Of a stretch of DNA of 54,327 nt, positions 53,919 through 54,327 are shown piece by piece. The stretch is from positions 1 to 54,327 of IMG/VR virus record IMGVR_UViG_3300032246_002540; one strand, written 5' to 3'. Position 1 is the stretch's first letter. Each line of letters starts with the position of its first letter. Below the pieces are notes generated by a model, which saw only the letters and a program-made list of their open reading frames with translations, ran no database searches and was not told the DNA's origin. The stretch is from a virus (lineage: Duplodnaviria > Caudoviricetes). A program made the position numbers and the translations under genes.

Positions 53919-54327
53919 AATAAGCAAAATTATTAAACAGCGTTTGGATGAAGATGGCAAGCGTTATTGGGCTGGTGATAACATCAGCGAATATATCGGG
54001 CCAGGCGAGCGAGACAAGCTGATCGACGAATTGAATGCCAAGTTCGATGCGGTACTGGATAGCCTAGTGATCGATCGTGCGAACGATCCTAACAGTCGCG
54101 ACACGGGCAAGAGGCTTGCCAAGATGTACGTGAACGAGCTGATGCGAGGTCGCTACTATCCAGCACCGGATGCAACTAGTTTTCCAAATGAGATGGAGGA
54201 TCGCTATGAAGGAATGTTGGTGGTCAGGAGCGAATTGCGTAGTGTTTGTAGCCACCATCATCAACCTGTCAGTGGTGTTGCTTACATCGGTATTATTGCT
54301 GCCGATCGCCTTATTGGTCTCAGCAAG
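53911..54327 (+). CDS. folE: GTP cyclohydrolase I (partial, runs off the window)
   Basis: Own translation from GTG 53911: MTEISKII...DPNSRDTGKRLAKMY..EL..GRY...SVCSHHHQP..G.AYIG....IGLSK. Confidence 0.92.
   Translation, partial: MTEISKIIKQRLDEDGKRYWAGDNISEYIGPGERDKLIDELNAKFDAVLDSLVIDRANDPNSRDTGKRLAKMYVNELMRGRYYPAPDATSFPNEMEDRYEGMLVVRSELRSVCSHHHQPVSGVAYIGIIAADRLIGLSK

Noticed and set aside
1-54327. CRISPR array, IS/transposase, integrase or rRNA
   Set aside because: No regularly spaced repeats, recombinase motifs or rRNA-like sequence were seen by eye.
1-54327. Alternative genetic code (stop reassignment)
   Set aside because: Conserved genes are full length in the standard code, coding density is high, and none of the three tRNAs is a suppressor.
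1-54327. Bacterial chromosome or eukaryotic giant-virus origin
   Set aside because: Host-like genes are interspersed with tail/baseplate, spanin/holin and T4-type replication genes, with SD sites and T4-like late promoters.

Overview
This 54 kb window is part of a large, apparently lytic, T4-like (myovirus-type) bacteriophage genome, densely coded and almost all on the + strand. It carries three tRNAs (Val-TAC, Ser-GCT, Arg-TCT) and host-like auxiliary genes (Dps, APS-kinase-like/HxGH transferase/sulfotransferase-like trio, purine PRT, ClpP, ClpA, DnaJ, GroES-like, IF-1, IscA/HesB, MazG-like, PhoH, radical SAM). It also has tail/baseplate-type structural genes, a spanin-holin cassette, T4-like replication genes (clamp loader, PolB, probable sliding clamp) and a 7-deazaguanine DNA-modification cluster (TGT/DpdA-like, QueD-like, FolE) interleaved with sugar-nucleotide and glycosyltransferase genes. 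Four unexplained features stand out. (1) A ~12 kb late block (31.1-43.3 kb) of proteins starting with a T4 internal-protein-like capsid-targeting motif (MRxxE[I/F]ITE) and built as strings of unrelated modules separated by hydrophobic-x-Glu sites, i.e. candidate protease-matured, virion-delivered polyproteins. (2) A recurring TAAATA late-promoter motif that often lies only 4-8 nt before an ATG (predicted leaderless mRNAs) or in the loop of an SD-sequestering hairpin. (3) An ORF-free structured candidate late ncRNA at ~4.44-4.67 kb. (4) A possible glycosylated deazaguanine pathway. All functional calls come from motif recognition by eye; no database searches were run.
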